The notes under the pieces are model-generated. The model did not search any database, was not told where the DNA came from, and saw nothing but the letters and a program-made list of their open reading frames with translations. From Octopus vulgaris (lineage: Eukaryota), in the NCBI GenBank assembly GCA_951406725.2, contig OX597823.1, positions 117,366,001 through 117,430,000 on the forward strand: a DNA stretch of 64,000 bases. Direction: 5' to 3'. Made by a program: the position numbers and the translations under genes. This document shows positions 13,202 to 26,784 of this stretch, one piece after another (position 1 is the stretch's first letter; every line of letters starts with the position of its first letter).

Positions 13202-13595
13202 CTCTTTTGCTCTTTTACTTGTTTCAGTCATTTGACTGTGGCCATGCTGGAGCACCGCCATTAGTCGATCAAATCGACCCCAGGACTTATTCTTTCTAAG
13301 CCTAGTACTTATTCTATCAGTCTCTTTTGCCAAACTGCTAAGTTACAGTGATGTAAACCCACCACCATCGGTTGTCAAGCGATGTTGGGGGGACAAACAT
13401 ACACACATACATATATACATATACATATATACGACTGGCTTCTTTCAGTTTCCGTCTACCAAATCAACTTACAAGGCTTTGATCAGCCCGAGGCTATAGT
13501 AGAAGACACTTGCCGAAGGTGCTATGCAGTGGGACTGAACCCGGAACCATGTGGTTGGTAAGCAAGCTACTTACCACACAGCCACTCCTATGCCT
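13202..13595 (-). mobile_element. SINE family A
   Basis: Full-length pattern match. Confidence 0.9.
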
Positions 13596-14394
13596 ATAAA
13601 TAATGATGCACATACCTCAGAAACATGGAAGTTTACCTGGCGGTGCAATAAAAGCTTGCAAGAAACTGCCTTGAAATATCACAACTACAATAATGTCAGT
13701 AATAATATTGGTGGTAAACTACAAATAGTGAGAGCAATATTGAAAACGGGGGCAAAAGCAAAATGATCCTCTTAGAAGATGAGAGCCTGGTTGTGATAAA
13801 AAATAAAGGGGTGGAGTAAAGGGATTCCTGAAAGAACTATCTCCCTGCTGAAGTAAACCAATATCAGAAAGAATTTTCCCATATATTCATGTAAGACACA
13901 CACACACACACACACATGTTAATGCACACACACACATAAACATGCACATACATACACATATAGAGAGTGTTATAAATGTGAATGTAGCTGTCACTATACA
14001 TTCAAGACTGTGTATGATCATATAGAATATAGTTTATAAATATACACACACACACACACACACATATATATGTATGTGAATATATGTGTGTGTGTATGTA
14101 TGTATACATATGTGTTTGTGTATATATGTATGTATGTGAATATATATGTCTGTATATACGTATACACACACATGCACACATAAACGCGCACACACACACA
14201 CTTGCTCACAAATGCATACATACATATAAATACACTCTTTCACATATGCTGATGAAAAATATGTATTTCTGCAAAAAATCCAAGGAGAAATTCTCTCCAA
14301 AAGATCCATATGGTGCCACATTATTTAAAAAAATATTCCTAATAGTGAAGGTTTGCTTCTCATATAACCAGTAACAAATGCATAACAAAAATTC

Positions 14395-14465
<71 letters not shown>

Positions 14466-14470
14466 CAACA
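14395..14470. repeat. (AAT)n microsatellite
   Basis: About 22 AAT units followed by AAC units. Confidence 0.95.
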
Positions 14471-15107
14471 GCAATAATATCTAACATTAGCACAAGGCCA
14501 CACACTGTCAGGGGGTTATATAGACAGTGATAATTTATTTGGTTGGTCCTTGATTTTATTGTTTTAGAAGGATAGAAGGTTATGTTAACCTTGTAGGATT
14601 TGAATTCCCAAATGTAAAGGGCCAAAACTGAATAACAGCTTGAGGAATTCTTGCTCTGTGGGTCCCATGCTGCTTTTATGCATGCATGAATTTATAAATC
14701 GTTAAGCCATTGTTTCACTATGTGAGGGGTTTCTGTTGTGTCTTTCATTTCATTCTGTTGTGAAGATTGTTGAAATCGTAACACTCAAACTCATATCATG
14801 ACAAACAAAATAATATTGCAAATAATGTGTTCCAACATTTCTTCAACAGTTATAAATACAAAGATTGAATGTGAAAACTAATAATGAGAGCTCAGAGGAA
14901 ACTGTGGACCTATGATTCTGTTTACCACTCAACTCCAAGTTCTCTACTCATTGCCATGGTAACATGCTTATAAGTTATATAAAGTCTATTAGAAAATTGA
15001 TTTTAGCAGTGAGCACAGTACTACATCAAGAATTCAGATGTAGGTTCAATATCTACTCAGTTTTTTGACATTTATTATCTTTTATGTTTTACTTAGGGAG
15101 GGTGGTT

Positions 15108-15395
15108 GGAGTTAGGAAGGACAATTGGAGTTAGGAAGGGCAGCTGGAGTTAGGAACGGAAGCTGGAGTTAGGAAGGGCAGCTGGAGTGAGGAAGAGCAG
15201 CTGGAGTGAGGAAGGGCAGCTGGAGTGAGGAAGGGCAGCTGGAGTTAGGAAGGGCAATTGGAGTTAGGAAGGGCATCCAACCATAGAAACCTTCCAAAAC
15301 AGACAACTGTAGTCTGGACAGCTCTCCAGTGGGCCTACTCCAGTTAAACTGTCCAACCCATGCCAGCATGGAAAATGGATTTTAAATGATGATGA
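15108..15395 (+). repeat. 19-bp minisatellite (9 copies) within an RTE 3' UTR fragment
   Basis: Unit ggagt(t/g)aggaagggcagct at 15108-15278, running into GGGCATCCAACCATAGAAACC...CCAACCCATGCCAGCATGG. Confidence 0.85.
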
Positions 15396-15398
15396 TCC

Positions 15399-15780
15399 AT
15401 TAGACTGCGGCCATGCTGGAGTACTACCTTGAAGAATTTTAGTCAACTGAATCAACCTCAGTACTTTAATGACTTCTATTTAAAGCCTGGTATTTATTCT
15501 ATCAGTCTCTTTTGCTGAACTGCTAAGTTACAGCAACATAATCACACTGAGACCAATTGTCAAGTGGTGGCGGGGGGAGGGAAGATAATATTAGACACAC
15601 ACACACACGCACATACATATATATGCATGTATATACAATGGGCTGTTTTCAGTTTCCCTTTACCAAATCCACTTTCAAGGCTTTAGTCAGCCTGAAGCTA
15701 TAGTAGAAGGTACCATGCAGTGGGACTGAACCCAGAACCATGTGGTTGGGATGCAAACTTATTACCACACAGCCATGCCT
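15399..15780 (-). mobile_element. SINE family A (older copy)
   Basis: Pattern match with more divergence. Confidence 0.8.
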
Positions 15781-15999
15781 AAACCTATGAACCATACCTG
15801 GACATATAAAAGCAAAAAATCATTGCCTGTGGTGTTTTTTATTTGATATTATTTTTGTTGTTGTTATTTATTGAGCTTGAAGCAAGTGGCATCAGCCATG
15901 ACCGTTTCCTGCCCTCAGATGCCAGTGAGCTTCATGGTATTGATGTAAACTGTTGAATGTCCTACAACATGAGCAGGGTGAAGATTCTATCCTACAAGT

Positions 16000-16512
16000 G
16001 CACAGACATGTCTGTGTGGTAAGACACTTGCTTACCAACCATATGGATTCAAGTTCAGTCCCACTGCATGGCACCTTGGGCAAGTGTCTTCTACTATAGC
16101 TTCGGGCTGACCAAAGCCTTGTGAGTGGATTTAGTAGACGAAAACTGAAAGAAGCTCGTCATATATATATATATATATATATGTATATGTATATATAGAT
16201 ATATAGTCAATAAATCAAGTACTACTTGTCAAGTACTGGAGTCGATGTGACCCTCCCCACAAATTTCAGGCCTTGTGCCTATTGTACAAAGAATTATTAA
16301 ATTGGTGTTTGAAGCAGTGGGCTGGCTGAATTATTATCATACTGGCCAAAATGCTTAGAATTTCATCTGCCTTCAAATTCTGCTGAGGTTGACTTCGCCT
16401 TTCATCATTCCAGGGTCAATAAAATAAGTACCAGTTGAGTACTGGGGCTGATGTAATCGACTTACTCCCTCCCTTGAAACTGCTGGCCTTGTTTTCAAAT
16501 TTGAAACCATTA
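16000..16512 (+). mobile_element. SINE cluster: family A 5' half (16000-16162) and two family B pieces (16205-16300, 16312-16512)
   Basis: Pattern matches. Confidence 0.7.
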
Positions 16513-17266
16513 AGCTGGTGTTTGAAACACAAATTGAAGCAAAACTTTGATGGGAAGTTTTAATTTAGATTGCTTAAAATCAAGAAATTTGTATCATAGA
16601 ACCAGGAACTGTTTCTGGAGGGTTATCACCAAATAGGTTCAAGTATGCTTTAACTGACTCCCCATTCGGTTAGTCTTGCTTTTCTTTGAATAGTTTTACA
16701 TTAGTGTTCTTCTTATCTTTCCTGGATAGGATGAGGTTTGTGTTTGTTGTTCTAGCAACTGTTTTTATAGATCTTCCCACAGTCTACGTGAACTCAGAGA
16801 AGAACTGGTTTCTCCAAGTCAGAGAAATCAAAATTACAACTTATTTCAGTCTTATTTAAGTTTGGGGCAGTCAGAACTGCACAGAGTTCCATTTTTTTAT
16901 AGTTCTATCAATATTTCATATAAATTATTCAGTGGTGTAGATTTTGGCAATAGATCTTTGAGAAAACATACTTGACACACTCCGCAGAATAGGAATTAAT
17001 TCTATATATTCAAATTATATATGCTTTCTCTGGCTGGTAGAGCCACAAAATTATTTTAGACTTAGGCAAAGAATTTATGAATATATAGAATTAATTTATT
17101 GTGATTTACATAATTTTCCCCCCCTCATACTTGTACAGCCAATACTACATGCTCAATGATTTATTTGAAATATTGATTAATAATATAATGAGTCTTACTG
17201 AGAAAGTTGAAATTCTACTCAGAGTAGCAAGAGACTGACTCGATGAATATATGTGTGTGTGTGTGT

Positions 17267-17520
17267 GGAGGCGCGTGACTTAGTGGTTAGGATGTTGAAC
17301 TCATGATCGTAAGATTGTGGTTTCGATTCCTGGACCGGGCGACGTGTTGTGTTCTTGAGCAAAACACTTCCTTTCATGTTGCCCCAGTCCACTCAGCTGG
17401 CAAAAAGGAGTAACGCTGCGATGGACTGGCGTCCCATCCAGCCGGGGAACACATACGCCATTGAAACCGGGAAACTGGACCCATGAGTCTGGCTAGGCTT
17501 TAAAAGAGCACATTTATTTA
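17267..17520 (+). mobile_element. tRNA-derived SINE, family C
   Basis: GGAGGCGCGTGACTTAGTGGTTAGG (A box)...GGTTTCGATTCC (B box), then GTGTTCTTGAGCAAAACACTT core-like segment. Confidence 0.8.
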
Positions 17521-17756
17521 TTTTATATATATATATACACACACATGTATATATATGTATGTATATATGCACACATATACACACACACACACACACACAT
17601 GTATATGCATGAATGAGTGAATATATATATACATGTGTGTGTGTGTGTAGACATATACGTTCTCTTCTTAATTTAGAATAAAATTTGATTGCCCACCTGC
17701 TTGGTAGCAAAGTTGTGATGGAAAGCATCCTGTTTTGTTCATTATTTTTTAAACCT

Positions 17757-18282
17757 TCAGAAAATCTTGAAAATTTTTAGAATTCCAAGTATCATGATCA
17801 TTTGCAGCGTATGGATTAAGGATTTGCATTCTCTCCTCAAGAACCCAAGTTTAAGCATACTTTTCTCTTGACAGTTTGGCACATACCCTGTGGTTCCAGT
17901 TCTAATAGGTATGAAGCTCAAAGTATATTTTGAGTACTGGATTTGCAAGCCCCTTATTAATGGTCCACAGGATTTCTCATTCTCTGCTATTTTTCTAGCC
18001 CCATTGGTGTTTAGAGGGCAGCTGATTTCCACACAACCAATATCTGGTCGGTTGTATTTTAATGTGGTGACTGTTATCCTCTTTAAGTTGCATCAATATT
18101 CTTTTGACCTATCGATCTCAATATAGTCAGCTTCATCTGTAGGTGTTATTCTCTTTTGTACTCCTGTTCCAGACTGTTCTGGCCATTGCATTATGTCTTG
18201 TTGAAAGACATTCTCTCAGAGTTGGCAATTATGTGGTTGCTGTTTTCAGTCTTGGCCTTGTACAGCCTACATTTGTTATCTC
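17757..18282 (-). mobile_element. Degenerate C-terminus of a restriction-like-endonuclease non-LTR retrotransposon (R4/Dong-like)
   Basis: Minus translation DNKCRL(Y)KAKTENSNHIIAN...RHNAMA (decayed CCHC knuckle), KYNRPDI..VEISCP (PD-D/E motif), GPLIRGLQIQY...IP...G..GYVP...LQ...LGILKIFKIF. A probable upstream piece with EKIVHGYL lies at ~19170-19375. Confidence 0.7.
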
Positions 18283-18285
18283 ATT

Positions 18286-18475
18286 TACTCTTTTACTTGT
18301 TTCAGTCATTTGACTGTGGCCATGCTGGAGCACCGCCTTTAGTCGAGCAAATCAACCCCAGGACTTATTCTTTGTATGCCTAGTACTTATTCAGTCTTTT
18401 TTGCCGAACCACTAAGTTATGGGGATGTAAAATCACCAGCATCGGTTGTCAAGCAATGTTGGGGGACAAACACAG

Positions 18476-18510
<35 letters not shown>

Positions 18511-18677
18511 CGACAGGCTTCTTTCAGTTTCCGTCTACCAAATCCACTCACAAGGCTTTGGTCAGACCTAGGCTATAGTAGAAGACACTTATTGCTTAAG
18601 GTGCCACGCAGTGGGGCTGAACCCAGAACCATGTGGTTCGTAAGCAAGCTACTTACCACATGGCCACTCCTACGCCT
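18286..18677 (-). mobile_element. SINE family A inserted in the R4-like remnant
   Basis: Full-length pattern match. Confidence 0.9.
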
Positions 18678-20139
18678 CTCGGTATTTTCTGCCTTTTATG
18701 CTGCAGGTAGATGGTGGGGATCTCCTAACACTTTTACTTTTTAATGGTTTCAGTCATAGGACTGTGGCCATGCTGGAACACCTCCTTAATCTATTATCTT
18801 TCAGTTTTGTTGTCACATTATGGCTGAAAGTTGGTCTGGGATTGAATTTTGTTGCAGCTGATCTTCCCTGAATGTATCCTTGCATGGGGAGTTGGCCTGA
18901 TATTGTCATTATGAGCTTATCCAATGCTCTTTTAATGTTTCAGTGGAGGTCCCTTTTATGTTTCTGATTTCTTTAGGTTTGGCAATTAAACAATTGAGTT
19001 ACTCTGACTATCAGACTGGTTACAATAAGTGATTTCAATTGTTCAGTTTGTGCCTTAAAATTCTTTAAAAATACCAAAGTTTGGAACATAATGCATGGAC
19101 ATAGCCTATGAATTTGGATGTCATAAACATCTTGGATTTCCATGCCAAGCTTTTGACATGATTAATTGTTTTTATGGTTTGTATTTTTTTTTTGTGCCAA
19201 GTACCCATGTACTATCTTCTCAGTGAACTGGTCCACTTTTTTTATTTTGGTCTTTTGATAAATAGATTTTACCAAAGCTTCTTGGGAAGCTTTGGTAAAA
19301 TTTCATGCCTCTCCTCAAGTTTGTTAGCTATCTTAATTACGTTGTCACAAACTTGGACAAGATAGTTTCAGGTCATTTTTCTTCTACTGGAGATGTTGTT
19401 TCAGTGTCACTATATGCACTTCATACGACGTCACTACAGATTTGAGACTACAGCCATCATCATTGTGTAGGAAGTATAGGTATGTATGTCTGTCAGTATG
19501 TATGTATGTATATATGTATGTATAAAACATATATATATAAAATATATGGGATAAATATATACATACACACAAGAATTACCGTTATTATTAGTATATGCTA
19601 TTTCTACCTACTTCACACTCTGTATATACATATATATAACAAATCAGTTTGTTCCATGTTTTTTACTTTATAAAATCATATTCTAATAACCTAACTATGC
19701 TAGAGATCCCATATGATTTACAATCAATTTAGAGTCCAAAAATTTGACCTTCACCTTCATTTGTTTATCTCATAAAATCACAATTATTCTACAGTTATCT
19801 CTCGAAAGTTTTCTCTCACAATTATCAAACATTAATTTTCATTGACTTCATTTTGTTTCAATTCACTTGCACCTCTCCTACCATGGATTCTTTATGGCGC
19901 CTATGACCCTTGATGTCTTTATTCTGTTGTAAGCATCCAGACTACACTGTCAATTCCACCTGCACACACTGTGTTCTACAAGTATTCAGGTTGGATGGTC
20001 AGCAGTTTAAAAGGACTCACAAAAGGCCTGGACCTGCACTTAATCTTCTGACTAACTTATTAAAAAAAAACACATATATCCATCATGCTTGTGCAGACAG
20101 GAAGACAGAGAGGTGTGTTTAATTTTGTGAATTTAAAGA

Positions 20140-20562
20140 GGTGTAGGAGTAGCTGTGTGGTAAGTAGCTTGCTTACAAACCACATGGTTCTGGGTTCAGT
20201 CCCACTGCATGGCACCTTGAGCAAGTGTCTTCTACTATAGCCTCGGGCTGACCAAAGCCTTGTGAGTGGAGTTGGTAGATGGAAACTGAAAGAAACCTGT
20301 CATATATATGTATATATATATGCATGTGTGCGTGTATATGTTTGTGTGTCTGTGTTTGTCCCCACAACATCGCTTGACAACCGATGCTGGTGTGTTTACA
20401 TCCTTGTAACTTAGCAGTTCGGCAAAAAGAGATTGATAGAATAAGTACTAGGCTTACAAAGAATAAGTCCTGGGGATCGATTTGCTTGACTAAAAGGCAG
20501 TGCTCCAGCATGGTCATAGTCAAATGACTGAAACAAGTAAAAGAGGGAAAGAGTAAAAGAGA
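20140..20562 (+). mobile_element. SINE family A
   Basis: Full-length pattern match. Confidence 0.9.
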
Positions 20563-21679
20563 GTTCATGAGAAAGGTGCTAAAATTTAATTTCACTCGCA
20601 TATAAATGATAGTCACCTCCCCATGTTTGTAAAAGATGATTTCTCAAGACAAATACAACAGTTTTCTACAGAATATCCACATTGAGTATGACATGGAGAA
20701 CACCATCCTCTACTACTTCTACTCCTGCTACTGCTGCTTCCATTGCTAGTATGAAATTTGTAGCTAAGTTTGCTTGAAGACCTGGTTAGTGTATGCATGA
20801 GATATAAGTGGCATCATTTTATCAGCTGAGGGGTGCTGATAGCCAAAACCCAGTTTAGAGAGAATTGAACTTACAACAGAGATATATTGAAGAGTCACAG
20901 CTACTTCACTGCTGTTTCTCTCTCCTTCCACCCTGTCCAACAAACTATTTGCCATTCATGTAAAAACAGTAACAACAACTACCACAATAATAATCAAATG
21001 CTGTGGTATGATTAATGTCTCCAGGTTCATTACACCCATTGAGTTACAGTTCCTTAAGCAAGTCCTATAACTCTGCTTGCCTCAGTTTGCCTGACTGACA
21101 ACAGATTTCTACTGTTAACGTCATGCTTTAGTGGTTTGCAATGAGGAAAATAGAGAATTGAAAACAAAAAAAATAATAATAATAATTGTTTCATAAAACT
21201 AGATAAATAACATCAAAAATTATTCTAACAATGAAGAATGGAGGTAAAAGCACAAACAATGAAAATAAGGAAATAGTTTCCTGGTTCAAGTGGAATGAAG
21301 CAATGTTATTCCTAAAGAAATAGTGACATTGATTGAGTTAATAAGGTCTCCATGGTAGATAACTGTTTCCCAATTATCTAAGCAAGTGTAAGACAATGAA
21401 GACAAGGATTTAAGCAGGAAATTCAGACATTTGATTCCTACTTAGTTTGCTTTGAGAGTTTATTGGATTAGAATCTCTTGTAGCAAATGATAAGGCAGCT
21501 TATCTGGGATGGAGCTTGTAATGTTAATCTCAGTGTAGGAGAGAGAGGGGTTGTATATGTGTGTATGTTTATATGAGTGGTTGCATGTGTGTTGGTGTAT
21601 GTGTGTATGTATGTTTGTATATGCATGTGCATATTTGTATGTGTGTACAAGAGAGAGAGAAAGTGTGTGTGCGTGTGCA

Positions 21680-21721
<42 letters not shown>

Positions 21722-22168
21722 TGAGAGACTGTAAATGTGTGCATATCTATGTTGCAGGGGTAAATGGAAGTATACTTCTCTTATGAGATTTGAGCTTATG
21801 GTAAGATCTAAAGAAGCAAGATGAAGAATTTTCGAGGTCAGAGAGTGCAATGTTTTAAAGAATATTTCAGTGTATTAACATTGTGTGTGGGGGGGGGAGT
21901 ACCGTTACAAAGGAGAGATAATCTTCCCATGTGATTTAAAACTATCCACCAGATTTTGTTGGTCAAAACCAGTTTTTTTTTTTCATTTACATTGTTAATT
22001 ACTTTGAAAGAGGTTTCATCATTCTCTTCCTCACCCACCCCTATATAAAAGATATTTTCTCTTTACCAATATATCTTCCCTTAAACAATGTCAACTCTCT
22101 ATCAGAAAGAGAGAAAGAGTGGCTGACTGAATCATATCCTAAATCCAGTATATTTATGATATGTTACC

Positions 22169-22228
<60 letters not shown>

Positions 22229-22232
<4 letters not shown>

Positions 22233-22537
22233 ATCATTGTGGTCACTGTGACCAACCAGGCTATCAGATGTTGCCACACATTGCTGGTCACAATGCACTT
22301 CGCATTGTTTCATATGACGCCACCCTCCTGGCTAAGCGAGCAGGCCAACAGAAGAAAGAGTGCGAGAAAGTTGTGGCAAAAGTGTACAGCAGGGATTTCC
22401 ACCACCCCCTGGTGGAGCCTCATGGAGCTTTAGGTGTTTTCGCTCAATAAACACTCACAACACCCGGTCTGGGAATCGAAATCGCAATCCTACCACTGCG
22501 AGTCCGCTGCTCTAACCACTGGGCCATTGTGCCTCCA
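22229..22537 (-). mobile_element. tRNA-derived SINE (family C-related head)
   Basis: Minus strand GGAGGCACAATGGCCCAGTGGTTAGAGCAGCGGACTCG...GATTTCGATTCCCAG (A and B boxes). Confidence 0.8.
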
Positions 22538-22538
22538 C

Positions 22539-22574
<36 letters not shown>

Positions 22575-23121
22575 ATGTATGTCCAGCCTAGAAAGAGGTT
22601 TAACCCTTAGTTCAGTTTACTTGCCCGCTAAATAGAATTCACTTTCACATTGTAACAAATTAGTATTTTCCTAGAATGAAGGGAATTGTCTCCTTGTTAT
22701 CTTAATGCTATGTCTTTCTTAGTGGTTTAGGTGTTTTGAAGCAGGACATGACAAGTACACTCTTACAGAAACCTAATGTATATTTAAAACAAGATGTCTA
22801 CTCAGGTTGTCATAGATACCATCTAACCTTATCTTGTACATATTTCTCTAATATCATCAATTTACTTAAATGATACTTAAACTAGCTGCTCCTCATTTGA
22901 GGATTTTCACCAAGAACTTCTATCATTTATATATCATGTATCAATAAAAAGCTCTATATATGCTCACATGACCTGCTAGAAAGAACAGCCATATTCTCTA
23001 AGATTCTTCATGCCAACTTAAACAAATACATTGGATAAAGTAGTCCTAGATGCACCATCTTTGAATAAATGATGGGATAAAATGGTCATAAATGGAATGC
23101 TTTTTTTTTTTATCCTAGATG

Positions 23122-23379
23122 TACTTGACCAGGGTTAATCCATGGTTGAATAAAAACACCAACCAATTTGGTGGCAGCTCTGAGCAGTCAGCAGGTCATA
23201 GAAAACTACAAATGGTCTTTGAAAAAAATGTTGGTTCCAGCTGTTGTTGACTGCTCTGTAATCTTTCTTTATTCCTGCCAGCAGTTCATTTGTGGTTTTC
23301 TATGACATGCTGAGAGCTTGGTAGTGCCACCACATTGGTTGTTATTATTATTTAACCATGGGTCAGCCCTGATGAAGTA
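23122..23379. repeat. Imperfect foldback, ~90-bp arms
   Basis: tacttgaccagggttaatccatggttgaata...aaccaatttggtggca...tcagcaggtcatagaaaactacaaatg pairs with catttgtggttttctatgacatgctga...tgccaccacattggtt...tatttaaccatgggtcagccctgatgaagta. Confidence 0.8.
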
Positions 23380-23436
23380 AGAATGGTTTTGTAGAAAGAA
23401 ATAACCAACAGACTACCATTCTCAACAATAACAGCA

Positions 23437-23640
23437 ATGGCAAATAAACAACTGCCACCTGGTGCTGTGGGAATACATTGGAGAAAGCAGGAATTCCTTA
23501 ACTGATTGAAAATTAAAGTTGAAAGAGTCAAAATGGCACTCAGTAAATGGGAATGTAGCTCCTCCAATGACACACTGTGTGACTGTGGCACAGAGCTACT
23601 TGGAACAACTGTTGAGATGGCTTCTAATGTAAGAACCATG
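23437..23640 (+). mobile_element. Degenerate C-terminus of an Ingi/Vingi-like LINE
   Basis: QLPPGAVGIHWRKQEFLN*LKIKVERVKMALSKWECSSSNDTLCDCG resembles the LPPG..W..LNRLRTG.GR...L.KWG...CDCG pre-CCHC motif. Confidence 0.55.
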
Positions 23641-23996
23641 GGTATCTGATGGCATTGCAATATACAATGGCAATGTAAATAAATGTGTTCAACTTTGACT
23701 GAATGGGAAGTAAACTGAGAAGACAGTTAATATATGGGAGACATTACATCTGGCTCAGTGAGGGTTCAGTGTTTATTCAGTAAAGTAATAGATTTAATTA
23801 GAAATATTGCTAGACTGTCAATTCCCTCTGTAGCAATCGAGAATTAATCTGTGGTAGACCAATATTTATAGGAAAGCTTGGTCTTTTGTCCATTTAATGC
23901 CACACTAAGGCACAGATAAATACAACCATTCCCTGCTGTATTTCCAGGAACCTTTTAATGTGGCAAATGACTGATTCTGTATTCGTTTTTATTTAT

Positions 23997-24200
23997 TCTT
24001 TTACTTGTTTCAGTCATTTGACTGTGGCCCTTTAGTCAAACAAATCGACCCCAGAACTTATTCTTTGTAAGTCTAGTACTTATTCTATTGGTCTCTATTG
24101 CCGAACTGCTAAGTTACAGGGATGTAAACACACCAACATCAGTTGTTAAACGGTGGGGGGGGGGGTAAATACAGATACACAAATACATAACATATACATA
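23997..24200 (-). mobile_element. SINE family A, 3' half (5' half at 31958-32108)
   Basis: Tail and body up to the internal microsatellite. Confidence 0.8.
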
Positions 24201-24364
24201 TATATATGTGTATATGTATGTATATATATATATATGTATGTATGTATATATATATGTATGTATGTATGTATGTATATAAATGTATGTATGTATGTATGTA
24301 TATATATATGTATGTATGTATGTATATATGTATGTATGTATATAAATGTATGTATGTATGTATG

Positions 24365-24397
<33 letters not shown>

Positions 24398-24535
24398 ATA
24401 TGTATGTATGAATATAAATGTATGTATGTATGTATGTATATATATATATATATGTGTGTATGAAAGAAAAAAGATGTTCAGAATGCTGGATGGTTGTAAA
24501 AGTATATATTTATTTACATATCACATATTATTACT

Positions 24536-24580
24536 TCCTATTAGCGCTTTCAACTACTCCTGTAGTTTCATCAGAAATGT
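24536..24580 (-). ncRNA. Minimal hammerhead ribozyme in the Penelope terminal repeat
   Basis: Minus strand ACATTT-CTGATGA-AACTAC-AGGA-GTAGTT-GAAA-GCGC-TA^ATAGG. Intact core, perfect 6-bp stem II, palindromic AGCGCT stem III, weak stem I. Confidence 0.75.
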
Positions 24581-24924
24581 CAGTTTTAAAAGTTTTGTTT
24601 GTATTTATATTATTGGTAAATGAAGTGGGGAGAGAGAGAGAGAGTGTGTGTGTGTATATATAATGGAGAATAGAGGGAGGGAGGTGAAAGAGAGGGAGTG
24701 ATAGGGAGATAGAGGGATGGAGAAGGTGAAAGAGAGAGAATATGGGTGTGTGTGTTTTAAAACTGTGTATTTTTGTCTTTTTTTCTTTTTTGGGGTCTTT
24801 TTGTATTTTTTGGATGACCCTTGTAAGAAATGGAAAGAGAGAAGGAAAAAGAGGATTTGAGAGGGTTTGTTTTTTAATAGTAGGTGTATTGCTATGTACA
24901 CCCACACATATATCCCCACATATA

Positions 24925-24959
<35 letters not shown>

Positions 24960-25231
24960 ACATACACTCACATATATATACACATATGGAGGAACCTATT
25001 ATGTGTGTACATTTTCATAAACATTCAGACATACATGTGCTGTGTGATCTTGAAAATGAGAAAGAAAGAAAGAAAGGGAAAAAAATAAAATATAAAAATA
25101 AAAATATAAAGAAAATGTTGTGTCCATTCTTCACTTGGCACTCCCTTGGGTTTCTAAAAGAACAGGTGGTTGACCATTCAATGCTTGATATACATATATA
25201 TACACCAAAACACATATCAATATGTGTACAT

Positions 25232-25303
<72 letters not shown>

Positions 25304-25329
25304 ATGTACACATATTGATATGTGTTTAG

Positions 25330-25366
<37 letters not shown>

Positions 25367-25525
25367 CACACACACCCACACACATAGAAATATACATGCA
25401 TATACATACATACATACATACATACATACATACATGTACACATATATACACACACATACACATGCATATCCACATATACAGCCACACATATATGCATACA
25501 CATACATATACTTGCATACATACAT

Positions 25526-25566
<41 letters not shown>

Positions 25567-25814
25567 CGACCACATATATCAACATATATATATATAAGAT
25601 ATATGAAACTTGTCTGTACATATATATACACGTCTATATGCATATAAGCATTTATAATCACATACATAGTCAGAATTTTAAGATGCATAATTGTATATAT
25701 AAGAAAAGAAAAGGGAGAATTCTTTCATTTGTATATAAAGATATAGAAAGAGGTTTTTTCCTTTTTTTTGTGTGTATCACATCATCATTGACTTTTTGAC
25801 TACTTTTACTTTTT

Positions 25815-26784
25815 TTAGCCATTCAATTTTGGGCTAAATTTTTCTATGAAGTGCAGTTCCATAGCTTTACGGTATTCCGGGTCATTCCATGAGCATTTGC
25901 AGAATGGAATAATTTTAAATTTTCCATTTCCGCATACTTCTAGGTGTTTGCTTAATGGTACCTTGCGTAACTCTTCCTGTTTTATATGCTGCCTATGTAT
26001 TCTGGCGCATTGGCAGAGAGACTTGTTCATTTCGCCAATATAGTTTTCCTTGCAGTTTGGGCAAGTAATGCGTTTTGCGTTTTGCAAGTCATATTATCAT
26101 TTCTGAATTTTAAGTGGGAACCACATTGTAGGCATTTGTAATTATTCTCGTTGTTGCATGTTCCGCATCTTTTGTCTCCACATTCTGTTACTGAGAATTC
26201 TGGTCCCTTCTCCGATCTGAATTCTGCCCTTGTAAGGTGCTTTTTAAGGTTTTTCGGTTGGCGTTTGTTGTTGAGTAGGATTTTTTTGTTCATCAGGTTC
26301 CTCATTTTAGGGCTTTGTAGAAGGATAGGCAAGTTTGATTTTATAGTCTGGAAAATATTTGTATAGCCAGGACTGTGTGTGGAGACGAATGGTATTGTTT
26401 GTTTATTGGTTTTTGGTGTTCTTAATTCGCTGATGTTGAGTTTCAATGCCTTTTTAAAACCTTCCTTTATCAAACCTGAAGGGTATTTTTGTATTTCGAG
26501 GAAGTCCTGTAGTTCGTCGAGTCTAGTGTTTCGTGTTGCAGTGTCTCTTACTATAGTGCATATGCGTCTTGCCATGCAGTAGGGTATATTTCTTTTAATG
26601 TGTGATGGGTGGCAAGAGTCAAAGTTAAGATAGTGATGTGGGTCTGTTTTGTTTTTGTAATAAATGTCTGTAGTTACTCTGCAATTTTTTATTTTTATGA
26701 GAATGTCCAGGAATGGTAATTCATTAAAGTTGGATTCTGTGGTAAATTGTATGGCTGGGTGCAATTTGTTTAATATCTCTTTAA
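25815..26784 (-). pseudogene. PLE RT thumb + Zn-finger-like linker + GIY-YIG endonuclease (frameshifted)
   Basis: LHPAIQFTTE..ELPFLDILI..TDIYYK.TD...YLNFDSCHP..IPY..ARRI; CGDKRCGTC; ITCPNCKENYIGE...R..QH...HLEVC...R..ME..FI..F.PKLN. Confidence 0.9.

Noticed and set aside
17267-17345. tRNA gene
   Set aside because: The tRNA-like head continues into a SINE body, with no proper acceptor stem or terminator. The same applies to the other SINE heads.
20613-20955. Cys/Ser-rich minus ORFs with a possible GT donor
   Set aside because: No recognisable domain, the frames are short and discontinuous, and they cannot be linked to other exons.
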